Shown here: one piece after another, positions 49,766 to 62,570 of the stretch
Layout: every line of letters begins with the position of its first letter
How positions within the stretch are numbered: position 1 is the first letter of the stretch
DNA from: Octopus vulgaris
Lineage: Eukaryota
Assembly: GCA_951406725.2 (NCBI GenBank)
Contig: OX597814.1
Location: 194,804,001-194,868,000, forward strand
DNA: 64,000 nt
Direction of reading: 5' to 3'
The notes under the pieces: generated by a model
What the model saw: the letters and a program-made list of their open reading frames with translations, nothing else
The model's database searches: none
What the model was told of the DNA's origin: nothing
Program-made: the position numbers and the translations under genes

Positions 49766-50388
49766 AAACATACATACATACATGTGTGCATGCCCACATA
49801 TTTAGACTATATGTAAAGTAACATATATAAATAAAAATAAATGTATATAGGTGTGCATACCTACAATGGTGGTGGTGGCTTCTTTAAATCAATTTTGAAT
49901 CTGGTTATTTTGTGGGGTTTTTTCTTTTTTTTTGTTATTTTTTGTTGCCTTTGGATGGTTTAAAGTTCCTAAAACTGGACTTTTTTTTATAAAATTAAGA
50001 TTTAAGACAAATTTTTCTATTTGAACTGAATTTTTAAATAGAATTTCTACCAAAACAATTGAAATATTTTTTTTTATTTAATGATTCAGATTTGCTTCTG
50101 TTATTTGAATTTCAATTCGTGTTTGACTTTTGCTATAGTTTTAAAAAATAGGTGCTTTTTGTTAGTGGATGAGGGGTCTAAGTCTTTTTTTTTTTTTTTT
50201 TTTTAGTTTTAATTTATGAAAGCACCTGAAATTCCAAAGATTTCAAGTTGGAACTTGAAGAAAGATAGAGTTATAACTGTCACCAATTATAGGCTCATAT
50301 ATTTCTTCTTTTTCTTTTTTTCTTCTTCTTTTTCTTTTTCTTCTTTTTCTACTTCTTCTTCTTCCTTTTCTTTTTCTTCTTCTTCTCC

Positions 50389-50453
<65 letters not shown>

Positions 50454-50531
50454 CATGAGTTTGTACATGTTTTCATATTTACTAAATTCTACTCCTAAAA
50501 TATTAGTCAGACTGAGGTTATAATATCTGTC

Positions 50532-50995
50532 AGGTGCAGGCATAGCCGTGTGGTTAAGAACCTTGCTTTCCAACCATGTGATTTCAGGTTCAGTCCCACT
50601 GCATGGAACTTTGTGCATTTGTCTTCAACTATGGCTTCGTTCAACCAAACTCTTCTCAGTGGATTTGGTAAATAGAGACTATAGCCTTGGGCCAACCAAA
50701 GCCTATGAGTGGATTTGGTAGATAGAAACTGAAAGAAGCTCATCGTATATATGTATATATATGTATATGTATGTGTGTGTGTATATGCTTGTGTGTCTGT
50801 GTTTGTCCCCCCCAACATTGCTTGACAACCGATGCTGGTGTGTCTACATCCCCGTAACTTAGCGGTTCGGCAAAAAGAGACCGACAGAATAAGTACGAGG
50901 CATACAAAGAATAAGTCCTGGGGTTGATTTGCTTGACTAAAAGCTGTGCTCCAGCATGGCCACAGTCAATTGACTGAAACAAGTAAAAGAGAGCA
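50532..50995 (+). mobile_element. Family C1 SINE with an internal duplication of about 55 bp
   Basis: ACTAT...AGTGGATTTGGTA segment occurs twice. Confidence 0.82.
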
Positions 50996-52114
50996 AAAGC
51001 GTTCCATTGTGTCTATGTGTGTATATGTCCTTGTCTTGACATCATGTGATGGTTATAGAGCAGCATCCATTCCAAATCTTCCATAACATGTCCGGCCTGG
51101 TGAGATACTACCTTGCTTGGAAACGAATGAGGATTGGTGACAAGAATGCCATCCATCTGTAAAAAATATACAATCATCAAATTCTGTCTGATCCTTACAT
51201 AAATTAGACATTAAAACAATGATAATGTGTGTATGATGATACATCATCATTTAGCATCTGCTTTCCATGCTGGCACGGGTTGGATGGTTCGACCGGGGTC
51301 TGGGAAGCCAGGAGGCTCCGCCAGGGTCCAGTCTGATCTGGCAGTTTTTCTACAGCTGGATGCCCTTCCTAACGCCAACCACTCTGTGAGTGTAGTGGGT
51401 GCTTTTTATGTGCCACCGGAATGGACACCAGTCAAGGCGTCGCTGGTGTTGGCCATGTTTGGATAGTGTTTTTTACGTCCCACCAGCACGGGTATCACAA
51501 CTACAATTTCCATTTGAATTTTATTTTCATGGTGATGTACTTGACTCAATAGGTCTCCTCAAGCGCAGCGGGTCACCCTACAAGCCAAGGTTAGCACAGC
51601 AGGCCATCCTGCAAGCCATGAACTCACTTCAATTGTCGGGTCTTCTCAGTCACAGCATATCTAGGAGGTCTCGAGATATATATGTGTGTGTGTATGTGGT
51701 GAGGTTCTTATAGTTCCCCTCACTAGGTATTGATTGATCCAGGGCTAGCTGTTGGAGAAGACATTGAGGGTGTCATGCACTGGGACCGAATCTGATAGCA
51801 TGTGACTGAAGAGTGGACATCTTAATGTCACAATTATGACTGATGATGATGATGATGATTGTATATCATTATCATCAGATTCTTTTATGTGCCGATAATC
51901 TTCCTGTCACTAATCCTCAACTGTTTTCATGCAAGGCCATATTGACCCCGAGCCTGGGCATGTTTTCATTGGAGATTGCAAACAAATGACACTAATGACA
52001 ATGTTTACAATTAATGCAGGATGTGAAGACAACCACTCACACATGTTCCTACACACACACATACGCACACACATACACACATTTTTATAATTCACTTATT
52101 TTTATACATTCACA

Positions 52115-52513
52115 TACTCTTTTACTCTTTTACTTGTTTCAGTCATTTGACTGCGGCCATGCTGGAGCACCGCCTTTTAGTCGAGCAAATCGACCCCGGG
52201 ACTTATGCTTTGTAAGCCCAGTACTTATTCTATCGGGCTCTTTTGCCGAACCGCTAAGTGACGGGCACGTAAACACACCAACATCGGTTGTCAAGCAATG
52301 CTAGGGGGACAAACACACACACAAGCACATACACACATACACATATATACGACAGGCTTCTTTCAGTTTCCGTCTACCAAATCCACTCACAAGGCATTGG
52401 TCGGCCCTGGGCTATAGCAGAAGACACTTGGCCAAGATGCCACGCAGTGGGACTGAACCCGGAACCATGTGGTTGGTTAGCAAGCTACTTACCACACAGC
52501 CACTCCTGCACCT
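52115..52513 (-). mobile_element. Family C1 SINE, full length
   Basis: Complete and CpG-rich. Confidence 0.9.
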
Positions 52514-52687
52514 ATATATACATAAGTAATCACATATGATGATTATGTAATCTTATCAGATGATAGCCATCTCACATTCAGCCTGATTGGTCTGATCTAC
52601 CTTCATCCTTGCATGTGTGCAGATAGATGACTTTTGGAAACATTTTTTTCACATTGTTGCTGAAGTATGGAACAAACTGCCGGCATA

Positions 52688-52854
52688 GTCATTTGACTAT
52701 GGCCATGCTGGAGCGCCACCTTTAGTCGAGTGAGCAAATCGACTCCAGGACTTATTCTTTGGAAGCCTAGTACTTATTCTATCGGTCTCTTTTGCCAAAC
52801 CGCTAAGTTACAGGGATGCAAACACACCAGCATCGGTTGTCAAGCGATGTTGGG

Positions 52855-52897
<43 letters not shown>

Positions 52898-53069
52898 CAT
52901 GTATACGACGGGCTTCTTTCAGTTTCTGTCTACCAAATCCACTCACAAAGCTTTGGTCGGCCCGAGGCTATAGTAGAAGACACTTGCCCAAGGTGCCACG
53001 CAGTGGGACTGAACCCAGAGCCATGTGGTTGGTAAGCAAGCTACTTACCACGCAGCCACTCCTGCACCT
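52688..53069 (-). mobile_element. Family C1 SINE
   Basis: Near complete. Confidence 0.88.
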
Positions 53070-53257
53070 ATAGTAACTTTTTAATTATGGATCTATAGGA
53101 AAAATGAATTTCATTTTCGTATTTGGTATTCAAAACTTAATCCATATAACAAATTTGAAAACAATTCAAACTATATTGTAAGCAGTGATGAAAACCACAA
53201 AGACCCATCAAGTAGCCAGCATGAAATAAACCATGTAGGTAAAGATCAATACAAAAT

Positions 53258-53617
53258 ATATAATTATAGTAAGGGCACTAATGAGTAGCACCACATGCTA
53301 GAAATAGATGCCAAATGGCTCTAAGAGCTACATTATTTACCACATTGGCACAGGCTAAAAGCAAGGGACAGGAACAAAAAGGATTTTTTTGAAAATAGTT
53401 TAACGATAGATTGATTTCTAGTTAAAGGGATAACTCAGTTATACCATACTAAACTAGAAATTGATTTATTGTTAAGCCATTAAAAAAAAAGTCTTTTTTG
53501 TTCGTTTCCCTCACTTTCAGCCTGTACCAGTGTGATAAATAATGTAGTTCTTAGAGCCATTTGGCATCTATTTCTAGCATGTGGCTCTACTCATTAGTGC
53601 CCTTACTATAATTATAT
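53258..53617. repeat. 360 bp inverted repeat with essentially no spacer
   Basis: Arms pair from ATATAATTATAGTAAGGGCAC inwards to ATAACT-C-AGTTAT (centre 53436). Confidence 0.92.
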
Positions 53618-53675
53618 TTATAGAATTATGTTTTATATATATATCATCCACCACTTCATCATCATCATCGTTCAA

Positions 53676-53895
53676 CCCTTTCGTTACCAACCCGACTGAA
53701 ACCGGCTCTGGCTCTGTTGTACAAATGTCTTGTTTTCATAGGTTTTGAATTAAAATCTTCCACCAAACCTTAGTCACAATTTATGTTCCTAACACTAGCT
53801 TTAGGATAACATAAGTTAGTTTACTAAATTCTTTGTATAATTAAAGTAATTGAAAGAAACACAGAGCTTCTCAAAATAAATAAGTAATGAAAGGG
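53676..53895. mobile_element. piggyBac-like MITE family 2, inserted at the TTAA of a family A tail
   Basis: TCAA|CCCTTTCGTTAC...GTAATGAAAGGG|TTAA. Confidence 0.85.
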
Positions 53896-54148
53896 TTAAT
53901 GACCATTTTCGAAGCTGGCATGGGTTGGATGGTTTGACTGAGGTCTGGAAAGCCAGCAGCTGCACCAGGCTCCAATCTGATCTGGCAGTGTTTCTACAGC
54001 TGGATGCCCTTCCTAATGCTAACCACTCTGAGAGTGTAGTGGGTGCTTTTGAAGTGCCACCGGCAGTCAGTGGGTACTGGCATCAGCCTATGATAGATCG
54101 TTAGCTCCTACACGCATTTTTTTCTCTCCTTGTTTTTTTTCTGTGTCC

Positions 54149-54184
54149 CTTTCTGTCAAAGAGCGTAGGCTCGAAACGTAAAAT
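54149..54184 (+). ncRNA. Minimal hammerhead-like motif in Penelope-like fragment 54088-54347
   Basis: CTTT-CTGTCAA-A-GAGC-gtag-GCTC-GAAA-CG-TA-AAAT. Confidence 0.5.
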
Positions 54185-54851
54185 ACTTGTTCTATTTCTA
54201 TTCCTGAGTGCCATACTTATACCTTTGTTTGTTTGTACTCCACCTGCCTTCGTCTTTTGTTTATTTTCGTAAACCTTCCTGAGCGTCCAATAATACTATA
54301 CTTGTTCCACGTCCTCGCATTGTTGTGTTTTCATGCTTGGATTAACTATATATATAGAGAGAGATATATAGATGTAGGGTGGGGTTGAGTTTATGTATGT
54401 TTGTCCCACCACCAATGCTTGACAATTAGTGTTGATGTGTTTATGTGTCTGTAACTTAGCAGTTCAGCTAAAGAGTCTGATAGAATAAGTGCCAAGCTTT
54501 CAAAAAGAATTAAAATTAATAAATAAATAAGTACTGAGGCTGATTCATACAACTAAAAATTTTTTAAGGCCATGCCCCAGCATGGCCACAGTCTAATGAC
54601 TGAAACAAGTACATGATAAAAGATACACATACCAACACACTCAAAAGCTCAGTTGTTTACACGTCGTGGGACTCTTGTATAACCTGTTTGTTTTGGTTGG
54701 GTGTTTGTGCATTCGGTCAAATTTCAGTTCAAGAAATAAGTTAGAGAAATTAAATAAAAGATTTGAAAGCCACTCACAGAAAATACAGGATATAACTGTG
54801 AAAAAGGAAAGGTGTGAGAATTATTAATATGAGAACTTGTTTCATTTTTAG

Positions 54852-54995
54852 CTCTTTTTACCTGTTATTTACGTGTTTTAATAAAGTAAATGCGGGTATT
54901 CGTGAGTCTAATCTAACTGGAAGTGTTGGATTGTTTTGTCAAAGCATATCAGTTACTGCCATTGGTTGTAAAAATTGAAAAACTAAATTGTAAAG
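54852..54995 (+). other. Candidate non-coding (5'UTR) exon
   Basis: Acceptor TTTCATTTTTAG|, donor AAG|GTATGT; unique sequence; stops in all three frames. Confidence 0.35.
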
Positions 54996-55205
54996 GTATG
55001 TTTTCTTATTTCATATCCTGGTTAGCATAATGCTCTTTCTTTTTGTGGTTAATGCTCGAATAGACTTTTGCTGTCAAATGTCATTATAGGAGTAGATTAA
55101 GAGAGGACGCTTGTCATTTATTCTGATTATTTTTGTTCTCGGAGAGCTAGCAGTAACACGTGAGGTTTTACATGCAAACAGAGGTGAATATTTAACATTT
55201 CTCCT

Positions 55206-55208
55206 CTA

Positions 55209-55303
<95 letters not shown>

Positions 55304-55307
55304 ATAT

Positions 55308-55358
<51 letters not shown>

Positions 55359-55363
55359 ATCTA

Positions 55364-55405
<42 letters not shown>

Positions 55406-55869
55406 TAGATATATATATATATATATATATATCAATCTATCTAGATATATATATATATATATATCAATCTATCTAGATATATATATATATATATATCAAT
55501 CTATCTATATATATATATATATATATATATATCTATCTATCTATCTATATATATATATATCAATCTATCTATCTATCTATATATATATATATATATATAT
55601 ATCAATCAATCTATCTATCTATATATATATATATATATCAATCTATCTATCTATATATATATATATATCAATCTATCTATCTATATATATATATATATAT
55701 AAATATATATATCAATCTATCTATCTATATATATATATATATATATCAATCTATCTATCTATATATATATATATATATCAATCTATCTATCTATCTATAT
55801 ATATATATATATATATATATATCAATCTATCTATCTATATATATCTATATATATATATATCAATCTATC

Positions 55870-55895
<26 letters not shown>
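55206..55895. repeat. (TA)n/(TCTA)n/TCAA compound microsatellite, about 690 bp
   Basis: Directly visible. Confidence 0.96.
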
Positions 55896-55901
<6 letters not shown>

Positions 55902-55968
55902 AACCCATTTTTTTTTTGTTACCAATCCATCAAAGACCATCCCTATTTCTATGTTACTAACCACTATA

Positions 55969-56188
55969 CAGAGTGGCCCTGAATTAGGCTTACAGCTATT
56001 CAAGTATCTCTTTTACATTCATATATTAATAGTTTAGATCTTAATTATAAAAAAATAAATAAATACGAAACCATTATTCTTTGCTAATTTAGTTAATTGT
56101 AAGATAGAAATTTAAATGTAGTAAAATGTTTCAAAAGAAATTCAAAGTGCCTACGTGATAACTGTGAACCTACTTTTGGGCCACCCTG
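55969..56188. mobile_element. Tc1/mariner MITE
   Basis: TA|CAGAGTGGCCCTGAATTAGGCTTACAG...CTGTGAACCTACTTTTGGGCCACCCTG|TA. Confidence 0.82.
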
Positions 56189-56200
56189 TATATATGTGTG

Positions 56201-56232
<32 letters not shown>

Positions 56233-56255
56233 ATATATATATGTATACACACACA

Positions 56256-57988
56256 CACAGCTGGGCATAAGTTCGTTAATCTTTAATTACCAAAGTTAAT
56301 ATTTTCGTTGATGATTTAACTTTTAAGTTAACTTTGAAAATCCTTATTGGACTAATTAACTTCTGTTACATTTACCTTCTGTTAACTCCAGTCTGTGAAT
56401 CCCAAAATTTCATAAAAACTGGTAAACATTTAAAAGTTTCTATTGTTTTCACATGGTCTTGACATATTCAATATTGTACATATCATTCTTTCAACCTTTT
56501 ATAGGCCTTTTAAAACTTAAAACTAAAGCACGTAAAAAGCACCCACTACACTCACAGAGTGGTTGGCGTTAGGAAGGGCATCCAGCCATAGAAACATTGC
56601 CAGATCAGACTGGGCCTGGTGCAGCCTTCTGGCCTCCCAGACCCCAGTTGATCCGTCCAACCCATGCTAGCATGGAAAGCGGGCGCTAAATGATGATAAA
56701 ATCAATATTTTTTAACTCTAAAGCAAAAAAAAAAAAAAAGAATCTATAGTTTTTGGGGTACTTTTTGGTTATTTTCACCCCCATTAAAAAAATTGGGTTA
56801 TCTCCCTCAACTACAAAAATTGTTTAATCCTCAATAAAACAAAACTGAAAAAAATTAAACATCTTATTGAATCTAATAACATTTTTATAACAAATCATAC
56901 CATTCCTATTGAGGAGACCAAAAGTTAACTATGTGTTGAAGTATTGAATCAAAAGGATCTATCTCTTTTAATCCCATCTCGTCACCACATAAGCTCGATT
57001 TTTTTTTTTTAGTGGGGAGATATATCAGTTTTTTAATGGCAATTTTTTAATAGGGGTGAGATAACCAAAAACTACTGTTTTGGGGTTCTAGAGGCCCAAA
57101 AAGCTGATTTTATAGTTTTGGCACTTTTTAAAACTTTAGTGTTTAAAGCGGCCAAAACCCCTTGTATCTAATTCCTCTGTGAAATCTTCTAAAAAACTAA
57201 ACAAATCATGTTAGTGAATTCTTGTAACTTTGAGACAATATGAGGCTTTTCTTCCAGAAAGCATACAACTGGGAAAAAAGCAAAATTAACTGAGGTGGAT
57301 GTCAACAGAGAAAATATTGACTTGTATAAAGTGGGAAAAATAAATGGAAAGAAAAACGTTGGTAAATTTTGATGTGAATGCAAATAGCTGTTACATGGTA
57401 GCAGGGCATGCTAGGAATAGCAGCCAAATCATTCCTTTTCTGGGAAAAGGAGCTGTTTAAGAATGATTTCGATGTCACATTCATTGAAACCATGCAAGAT
57501 AATCTAGAAAAGAAAAATGACCCATGTACAAAATCCCTTGGTGGGAAACTTCAAGCTCCCCACCACCACTTACACCCTTCTTTTCTGGTAAAAAAGTGGC
57601 TTGAGGTATGTTTGGAGATCAGATACGTTGAATGAATCATTCCACACCAAGATACGAAGTAGTTACCAAAAGAATAAAATCTTGTACCGATTATACCTGT
57701 ATTTTAATTCAAATTAAAGTACCTCGGAAAATTTTTTTCCAACAAATCTTTACATATGCTTAATCTACAGGACATGAGCAATTATTTGGTGAAAGTTTCA
57801 TTAAAAAGTATCTATTTTTCTGGAAGTTATGAGGAAACAAAGTTGGTGGGGGTATTAAATTGTAGATATGCCTTTTTTCAATAAAAGTTAATGTTAATGG
57901 ATTAACGTTAACTTCTGTTACATTTTCAATGAATTAACAGATTAACAATTAACGAAGTTAACTTTTCAATTAACAATGCCCACTTTTG
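56256..57988. mobile_element. hAT-like non-autonomous element with nested inserts
   Basis: Ends CACAGCTGGGCAT / ATGCCCACTTTTG with GTTAAC-rich subterminal repeats; TSD obscured by microsatellite. Confidence 0.55.
56758..57075. mobile_element. MITE-like element with imperfect inverted ends of about 70 bp
   Basis: TTTTTGGTTATTTTCACCCCCATTAAAAAAATTG versus CAATTTTTTAATAGGGGTGAGATAACCAAAAA. Confidence 0.6.
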
Positions 57989-58281
57989 TATGTATGTATG
58001 TATGTGTATATATATATATATATATATCGGAATTAAGAATATGCAGTCTTCGAAACATGTGTCGAGAATAAAGGAATTTTGTTAAATCGTCATTTGACTC
58101 CATTCTTTCATTTATCTATAGTAAAAAAACACACAAATTTCCACACGAAAGCACGTGATTTCTGCCCTTGGCATGTAGCTTCAACCGTGCTTTCTGACGT
58201 AAATTTGCTACCCGGGTATCGGTTAACCGAATTATCCATACTAGGATAATTCATTCAACTACTTAAACATATATATATATA

Positions 58282-58420
58282 TCTTCTAAATATATAAAAT
58301 CCTTTGTCTCTCTGTCTGTTCCAATGTATCCTCAAATGGCACAACCAAATCAAATCAAATTTTACATAGTAATACTACCAGACCCCGTGAGTGTCAACAT
58401 GTAATTTTTGGGGGATTAAA
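58282..58420 (+). mobile_element. Probable Helitron 5' segment
   Basis: A|TCTTCTAAATATATAAAA followed by (TGTC)-rich and CAACCAAATCAAATCAAATTTT, typical of non-autonomous Helitron heads; no 3' end found. Confidence 0.45.
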
Positions 58421-58539
58421 ACAACACAGCATTGGCACTGATTCTATATTACATGTCAAACAGTAAAAGTGAAAGAATAAGATCTATATTGTAATGTGAT
58501 ATATTGTTTCATTTTTATACTTTTACTTTTAATTCTAAG

Positions 58540-58815
58540 CACCACCACAATGTCACATTTTGTATATGACTGTATATCTGTCTGTGAGTGTATGTGTTAG
58601 TGTACGAGTGTGTATATGTTTCACAGTGTGTGTGTGTCTTTCCACGTTAGGTGCGTTATTAAACACACTCTATGTATGTGAGGGCTGGTCAGTGTCGATA
58701 TTAAATTTTATTTTCATTTCCATTAAAACAATATAACATTTCGGAGAGATAATCTTTCTGTTTATGGAGATGTACTTGCATAGGAAGTGACTTGATGTGA
58801 GATTGTGTGCTAGGA

Positions 58816-58866
<51 letters not shown>

Positions 58867-59940
58867 ACCTTTGACAGAGTAACAGTTATATATACAGCTT
58901 GAACAGACACACATATCAGTACATAAACATACATTTACATGTACATACACATATACACACATGCAGACACACGTCTACATACTAACATATGTAAATGCTC
59001 ACATACATATATATATATATATATACATACGTATATGCATATATGCACATTTATGCATAGATATACACATTTATATATATATCATGAACTAACTGTTACT
59101 TTCTCAGATGCAGCACAAAGTTTTGTCAGAGTACAGGTCGCAGTTTCAAAGTGGCAAAAATATTTTGAAACAAATGAAATTCAAATGTTGAAGTGAATCT
59201 AACCTGTTTAGTGTGTGCTTCAATGGCTTACAAACATCTTCCACACTGCGATCTTTCTAAACACATCTACTCATACATACACATATGTAACAGTACGTTA
59301 CTAAACACACACACACACATCTACACATACATATACATATGTGACGACTGACGGTGACAACTATGTCACATTTTGTATATGACTGTGTATCTGTCTGTGA
59401 ATGTGTGTGTGAGTTTATGAGTGTGTATATCTCTCACAGTATGTGTGTGTGTTTTTTCGTCTTAAATCCGTCATTAAACACACTTTATGTATGTGAGGGA
59501 TGGTCAGTGTCAATACAAAATTTTATTTTTATTTCCATCAAAACAATATAACATTTCATAGAAATAATCTTTCTATTGTCAACAGGACATTTTATACCAC
59601 CACCACGACATCATATTTTGTATATAACTGTGTATATGTGTATATGTCTCAGTGTATGTGTCTTTCCATGTTAGCTACATTATTGAACACACACGCACAT
59701 ATACATATACGATGACTGATATGCGTGAATGTATGTTTGTGTGTGTCTTTCTTACTATATGTATGTGAAAGCTGGCCAGTGTCAATACAAAATTTTATTT
59801 TCATTTCAATTAAAACAATATAACATTTCATAGAAATAATCTTTCTATTGTCAACAGGACATTTTATACCAGAACAACAATGACATCATGTTTTGTATAT
59901 GACTGTGTATCTGTCTGTGAGTGTAATGTATAAGTGTGTA
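58540..59940. repeat. 3.3 diverged copies of a unit of about 250-280 bp
   Basis: CATTTTGTATATGACTGT...CAGTGTCAATACAAAATTTTATTTT...ATAATCTTTCT recurs near 58555, 59368, 59613 and 59888. Confidence 0.85.
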
Positions 59941-60156
59941 TAAGACTCATAGTCTATCTCCTTAACTTCTTGGAGATTTTAGGCATAATTATACTAATGT
60001 GTCCATCTGTTATAATTTAATTAAATTCTATGTATATGTGCAGCTGAAGATTGCTCTGTATTTTAAATTGATGTAATGATTGCATTGTTCAATTAAATGG
60101 AGTTGCATGAAACGATCGTACTGCATTATCTCTGGATATCCATGTTGCTTATTTTG

Positions 60157-60337
60157 ATATATATGTATATATATATATATGCATATATGTATGTATATAT
60201 ATATATATGCATATATGTATGTATATATATATATATGCATATATGTATGTATATATATATATATGCATATATGTATGTATGTATATATATATATGCATAT
60301 ATGTATGTATATATATATATATATGCATATATGTATG

Positions 60338-60373
<36 letters not shown>

Positions 60374-60399
60374 TATATATATGCATATATGTATGTATA
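60157..60399. repeat. (TA)n-based minisatellite with GCATATATGTATG
   Basis: Directly visible. Confidence 0.95.
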
Positions 60400-61145
60400 G
60401 GAAAGATATTCCAGTTATCGCTGTCATGTGTTTTGGGCTCATGTAGGATCTATTGTATTGTATGTTCCTATTTAAAACAGTAAGGTATCATATGAGAGAG
60501 TTTCGACACCTGTTTGTAGCAAGTTGGGTGACTAGGCAGAGATCCTTTTGTTGACTTTCATCTCTCTGTAGCATGGACAAGCAACTGTTTTCAAGAAGTA
60601 GGCTGCACGAAACACGGCTTGTCTTTTGGGGGGGGGGGGGCCTGCATTACTGCAAAAAACTTTAAGTCAATTTTTTTGTTCAGCAGATTCACATCTCACA
60701 TTTTTCTCATGACTAACCTATTGTGTAAATGAGATTTCCTCATTAACTATTTCGTATGCCTGACTCATGAAGTGTATTTTCCCTAGCTGCATACTATCGT
60801 GAACAGAAGCCTCTGAAATAGCTTTTGTATACAACTGGATCTTATCTTGTACATATGTTGTACACCCACACAATCTCCATTTCAACCATTGTTTAATCTT
60901 TGTATTATTTGTTTGATTTTTTTTAAAACTTGGCGTTTTCCTCTCCTAGTTCTATTATCTTCTACAAAATCAGGAAATATGGCCCCAAACTCATACTGGA
61001 CAGCTGATGATTGGTTCTGGTGACACACCTATGTATCTAGACATTCTTTGATTCATCTGCTTTCTGTGTATTTGTGTGTGTGCGCCAGATTATTTATAGA
61101 TTAATTTATAGGCAAAGAAATAAATATGGATACACAGATATGGAA

Positions 61146-61176
<31 letters not shown>

Positions 61177-61225
61177 AAAGATAAAACATCTGTTTCAGCA
61201 CATGATTTTTCACATCAAGAATATT

Positions 61226-61634
61226 AATTTCTTTATTGCCTACAGGGGGCTAAACACAGAGAGGGCAAACAAGGACAGACAAATGGATTAAGTCGAGTAT
61301 ATCAACCCCAGTGCGTAACTGGTACTTATTTAATCGACCCTGAAAGGATAAGTCAACTTCGGCGGAATTTGAACTCAGAATGTAACAGCAAACGAAATAC
61401 CTATTTCTTTACTACTCACAAGGGGCTAAACACAGAGAGGACAAACAAGGACAGACAAATGGATTAAGTCGATTATATCGACCCCAGTGCGTAACTGGTA
61501 CTTATTTAATCATCCCCGAAAGGATGAAAGGCAAAGTCGACCTCGGCGGAATTTGAACTCAGAACGTAACAGTATCCGAAATACGGCTACGCATTTCGCC
61601 CGGTGTGCTAACGATTCTGCCAGCTCGCCGCCTT
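61226..61634 (-). mobile_element. Family M SINE dimer (tail A twice)
   Basis: Core twice; flanked by AAGAATATT repeats. Confidence 0.9.
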
Positions 61635-61671
61635 AAGAATATTGCACATCAAGAATATTGCAAAACAATTA

Positions 61672-62200
61672 CAAAAAGGATAGGCTGGGCAAAGTTCAGA
61701 GAGCTACTACCTCTTTTAGTAATGAAGGACCTCCCTGTCAGAGTGGAAGGCAAATTGTATAATGCCTGTGTACGAACAACTATGCTACATGGCAGTGAGA
61801 CATGGGCTGTGATTACTGAGGATATGCAAAGGCTTAAAAGGAATGAAGCCAGTTTGCTCCGCTGGGTGGGTATTGTCAGTGTGCATGTATGACAGAGTGA
61901 GATTCGAGAGAAAGAACTGGGTATAAGAAGTGACAGATGTAGCATGCAAGAGAGAAGACTGCACTGGTATGGCCATGTAATGCATATGAATGGAGACAGT
62001 TGTATGAAGAGGTGCCAATCTCTAATTGTAGAAGGAACATGTGGAAGAGGTAGACTCGGGAAGATGTAAAATGAAGTGGTAAGAAAGGATCTAAAGATAA
62101 GATGACAGGGGACCGAGACCCCTGGTAGTATGCTGTGCTTGAAAGCCCACATCAAGCTCAGTAAAAGTGTGGTTGTCTTTGAATACAGGCTTGTGCCCTG
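61672..62200 (+). pseudogene. RTE-clade LINE ORF C-terminal fragment
   Basis: GWAKFRELLPLL...KLYNACVRTTMLHGSETWAV...RRLHWYGHVMHM...EGTCGRGRLGK, with in-frame stops. Confidence 0.88.
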
Positions 62201-62254
62201 CATCCCTCTGCAGCTGAGTATTCCTAATCTTGTGGACACATAAGTGGTGGTACT

Positions 62255-62570
62255 CATCATTATCATTATCATCATCATTGTTTAATGTCTGCTTTCCATG
62301 CTAGCATGGGTTGGACGATTTTTGACTGAGGTGCTGGCGAACCAGATGGCTGCACCAGGCTCCAATCTTGATTTGACAGAATTTCTACAGCTGGATGCCC
62401 TTCCTAATGCCAACCACTCCAAGAGTGTAGTGGGTGCTTTTCATGTGCCACCGACACAGGGGCCAGGGGAGGCTGGCTGTGGCTACGATCAGTTGATGCT
62501 TTTATGTGTCACCGACACGGACGCCAGTCAGGCAGCAGTGGCATCTGACACATTTGGATGGTGCTTTTAC
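62255..62570 (-). mobile_element. Family A element, 2-3 units
   Basis: (CAT)n, RTE-type segment, units. Confidence 0.82.

Noticed and set aside
61649-62278. 209 aa minus-strand ORF
   Set aside because: Antisense shadow of the RTE fragment, which has stops on its coding strand.
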